59,732 bases of DNA. Source: an uncultured Methanosarcinales archaeon. GTDB taxonomy: Archaea; Nanobdellota; Nanobdellia; Woesearchaeales; CAZYIM01. Location of the stretch: positions 1 to 59,732 of the forward strand of contig CAZYIM010000013.1 in NCBI GenBank assembly GCA_964647565.1. The letters are read 5' to 3'. Both the position numbers and the translations under genes were made by a program. Positions 57,343-59,732 of this stretch are shown piece after piece (within the stretch, counting starts at the first letter, position 1; every line of letters begins with the position of its first letter). The notes beneath the pieces were generated by a model. The model searched no databases. It had not been told where the DNA came from and saw only the letters and a list, made by a program, of their open reading frames with translations.

Positions 57343-59007
57343 ATGGATAAAAAGATTAGAGTCCTTGTTATGGATAACCAGATAGTTGATCCTCCCGAAG
57401 CAGGAGGACCATTGAGGATATTCAATATTTTTGGCAGTCTTCCGGATAATTTCCTGGTTCATTATATGGGCGTCACAGGTTGGCAGCATATTAAAAGTGT
57501 CAAGAAACTTAATGAAAATTTTTCTGAAGAGATTATGCCATTGAATAAACCATTTCTAAGGCTCAATAACCTCTTTACTAATCTTTTAGGTAGTATCCCT
57601 GCATTTGATGCCATGTGCGCCAAAATGATGTTTATGAATCCAAGATTCATAAAAAAGATGAAGAGATATATCAAAAAAAGTGATATTCTTGTGTCATCAC
57701 ATCCCTGGTTCTTCCCTCATATTGTTAATTACAGAAAAAAAATAAGAGTATACGATTCACATAATTGTGAATATATCCTTTATAAGAAATTTCTAAAAAA
57801 AAATTTTTTAAGCAGAATCCTCTCACAAATCAAAAGAAATATCGAGAAACAGGCTTGCAACCAATGCGATCTTCTATTAGCTTGTACAGAAGATGATAAA
57901 AGGACTTTCATGAAGTTATTTGGAACAAAGAACGGAAAGATACCTATCATTCCAAATCCAATCAACATATCCTTTTTTAGTCAGAGAAAAACCAGCGATA
58001 TCCGAAAGGCTAAGAAAAAATTGGGTTTAGCAGAAAAGAAAACCCTTTGTTTCATAGGTACTTACTATAGACCCAATATAGAAGCCTTCAGATTCATAAT
58101 GAAAGAACTAGTACCAAATATGCCAGATTATACGTTCCTGATCATGGGCAGGATCAATGAAGACTTCGAGGAGCAGGTGGATGATGACCTCAAGCATATC
58201 AGCATGGATAAAGTTAAAATCAATAACAAAGGTGTGCTAGGATATGGTTGGCACATGCTTGAAAAATGGGGTGCAAAGGGTTTTGATGTCCGCTGGACCC
58301 GGAGGAACTTCAGTATCATCATAAAGGATAAGAATGTCCAACAATTGCTGATCAATGCAAGGTCTATCAAGCCAATCAGGGCATCCGTTTACATGAATAA
58401 TCAAAAGATAAAAGAAATGATCTTTTTTGCACCCAAATTCAAAGAAGTCATCATTGAGCTCGGAGGCAGAGGCATCATCAAAGAGGCTAATATTGAGATC
58501 AGGCTTGCCAAGACCAACAAGCCAGTCATGTCTGATACCAGAGAAGTTGGTATTGCAGTTAGGAATATCTGTTATGTGTCCGACTTCAAAGAGAACAGGA
58601 TCTCTTTATTACAAACCGTATCTCCCTTGATGGTTCCGCCCAATGTTGTTCTTTATGGTCCTATATCCAATGAGAAACTTAAGCAGATATACAGAGCTTC
58701 AGATATTGCCATCAATCCTGTCTTCTCTGGCTCAGGTTTCAATATCAAGATGCTGGACTATATGGCTATGGGCATCCCTATAGTCACCACAGCCAAGGGT
58801 GCAAGGGGACTTGATATCGAACATGATCAAGAGACTGTTATATCAGAACCACGAAATTTTAAAGATGCAATAGAGAAACTCTTTAAAAATAAGAAGAAGC
58901 AGAGGGAACTTGTCAGGAATGGCAGGAGATTTGCAGAAGGTTATGATAAACAGGTTATCGGAGCTAAACTTGGCAAGATATTTGAGAAAAGGCTTAAAAA
59001 AATCTAA
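57343..59007 (+). CDS. Glycosyltransferase family 4 (GT-B) with internal beta-rich insertion
   Basis: PPEAGG, YDSHNCE, IIPN, FIG…PN, DIAINP…GSGFNIKMLDYMAMG.PIV; GGGGG SD and TTTTAAATA box upstream. Confidence 0.9.
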   Translation: MDKKIRVLVMDNQIVDPPEAGGPLRIFNIFGSLPDNFLVHYMGVTGWQHIKSVKKLNENFSEEIMPLNKPFLRLNNLFTNLLGSIPAFDAMCAKMMFMNPRFIKKMKRYIKKSDILVSSHPWFFPHIVNYRKKIRVYDSHNCEYILYKKFLKKNFLSRILSQIKRNIEKQACNQCDLLLACTEDDKRTFMKLFGTKNGKIPIIPNPINISFFSQRKTSDIRKAKKKLGLAEKKTLCFIGTYYRPNIEAFRFIMKELVPNMPDYTFLIMGRINEDFEEQVDDDLKHISMDKVKINNKGVLGYGWHMLEKWGAKGFDVRWTRRNFSIIIKDKNVQQLLINARSIKPIRASVYMNNQKIKEMIFFAPKFKEVIIELGGRGIIKEANIEIRLAKTNKPVMSDTREVGIAVRNICYVSDFKENRISLLQTVSPLMVPPNVVLYGPISNEKLKQIYRASDIAINPVFSGSGFNIKMLDYMAMGIPIVTTAKGARGLDIEHDQETVISEPRNFKDAIEKLFKNKKKQRELVRNGRRFAEGYDKQVIGAKLGKIFEKRLKKI

Positions 59008-59732
59008 CCCTCAATTTCCAATTCTTCAAGAATCACATTTGCAAGGTTCTCTGCAATCAACGTATTACCCTTCGCTGTACAGTGCCCCCATTTCCCGCCT
59101 AACCAAGTAGATGTACCAAAACTATCAGAAAAATAATCATTATAATTTCCTGTTCCTAAAGCTTCTTTAAAATTTTGATCATTGCCAATAAAAATCACAT
59201 CCTTGCTCGCCAACATTTCCTTTAATTGATCCAGACTTAGGGTTGGATATTGCATAGCAATATGTTCTATACTACGTTTAGTAAGAACTTGATGTAATTG
59301 CAAATAATTACGCTTTGTTGCTTCATAAGAATCAATATTCTCCAAAACCTTCAGAGGAAGACCCTGTTCAATATAAAAGTCGTGAATTTCCTGATGAGAA
59401 ACTCCTGACTGCAATAAAACATCACCTATTTTTATTAAGAGCCCATCGTGGGTAGGATTAAGTTTATATGCTTTGATGAAAGTATCTACACTCTGTTCTG
59501 TTTGTTCTTGTCCCCAATACAAACTAGCTAACTCATCATATTTTTTCCAATTTTCAGGGCCTATCTCAATTGATTTCTTAACGAACGTCTCAGATTCGCC
59601 AAATCTACCCATATCTCTGTATAATACTCCCAACCCCAGATAAGCTGCATCATGCAATTCATCTGAATTGATTGCCTGAAGAAAAAATTTCTCGGATTCA
59701 TCATATCTGCCAATGTTCTTATTAAATTCAGC
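59004..59732 (-). CDS. TPR-repeat protein with SGNH-like C-terminus, partial (5' end beyond window)
   Basis: Frame open to the window edge; TPR units (AYLGLGVLY…G); C-terminal YFSD…GHCTAKGN.LIAE. Confidence 0.75.
   Translation of the reverse strand, partial: AEFNKNIGRYDESEKFFLQAINSDELHDAAYLGLGVLYRDMGRFGESETFVKKSIEIGPENWKKYDELASLYWGQEQTEQSVDTFIKAYKLNPTHDGLLIKIGDVLLQSGVSHQEIHDFYIEQGLPLKVLENIDSYEATKRNYLQLHQVLTKRSIEHIAMQYPTLSLDQLKEMLASKDVIFIGNDQNFKEALGTGNYNDYFSDSFGTSTWLGGKWGHCTAKGNTLIAENLANVILEELEIEG

Noticed and set aside
40013..59007. RiPP cluster or sulfatase-maturation (anSME) locus
   Set aside because: No precursor-peptide ORF in the very short intergenic gaps, no PqqD/RRE domain, peptidase or exporter, and no CxPxR sulfatase. 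The auxiliary domains have too few Cys for a two-cluster SPASM. A distant precursor cannot be excluded.

Overview
AT-rich archaeal DNA, most consistent with a DPANN archaeon (Woesearchaeota-like). The assignment is inferred from archaeal marker genes (TFS, Taw1/TYW1, deoxyhypusine synthase, NMD3, Sec11-type signal peptidase, Hel308-like helicase, DUF460, TrmB), TATA-type promoters and several bacterial-type enzymes (ThyX, IspG). Positions 1-39.9 kb are a mosaic of housekeeping, transport, nucleotide/polyamine and hypothetical genes. Positions 40.0-59.0 kb are a single-strand, tightly coupled cluster of about 19 kb. It holds nine related radical SAM/SPASM-twitch enzymes (two of them split identically into core and stand-alone SPASM genes), a B12-binding radical SAM enzyme, an embedded ispG, an aryl-sulfotransferase, two membrane-anchored SGNH proteins, a GT-C-fold membrane protein and a GT4 with an inserted domain. 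This is the best candidate for an undescribed system, probably radical tailoring of a surface glycan or glycolipid. Other notable items: a Hel308 lacking its N-terminal ATPase domain but with its own promoter-like sequence, an unannotated 29-aa ORF with a PIP-box-like motif, a possible +1 shifty-stop in proC, phased and palindromic intergenic repeats, and several enzymes with substituted catalytic residues. No rRNA, intact tRNA, CRISPR array or transposase was recognised. All family assignments come from reading motifs by eye; no database search was run.
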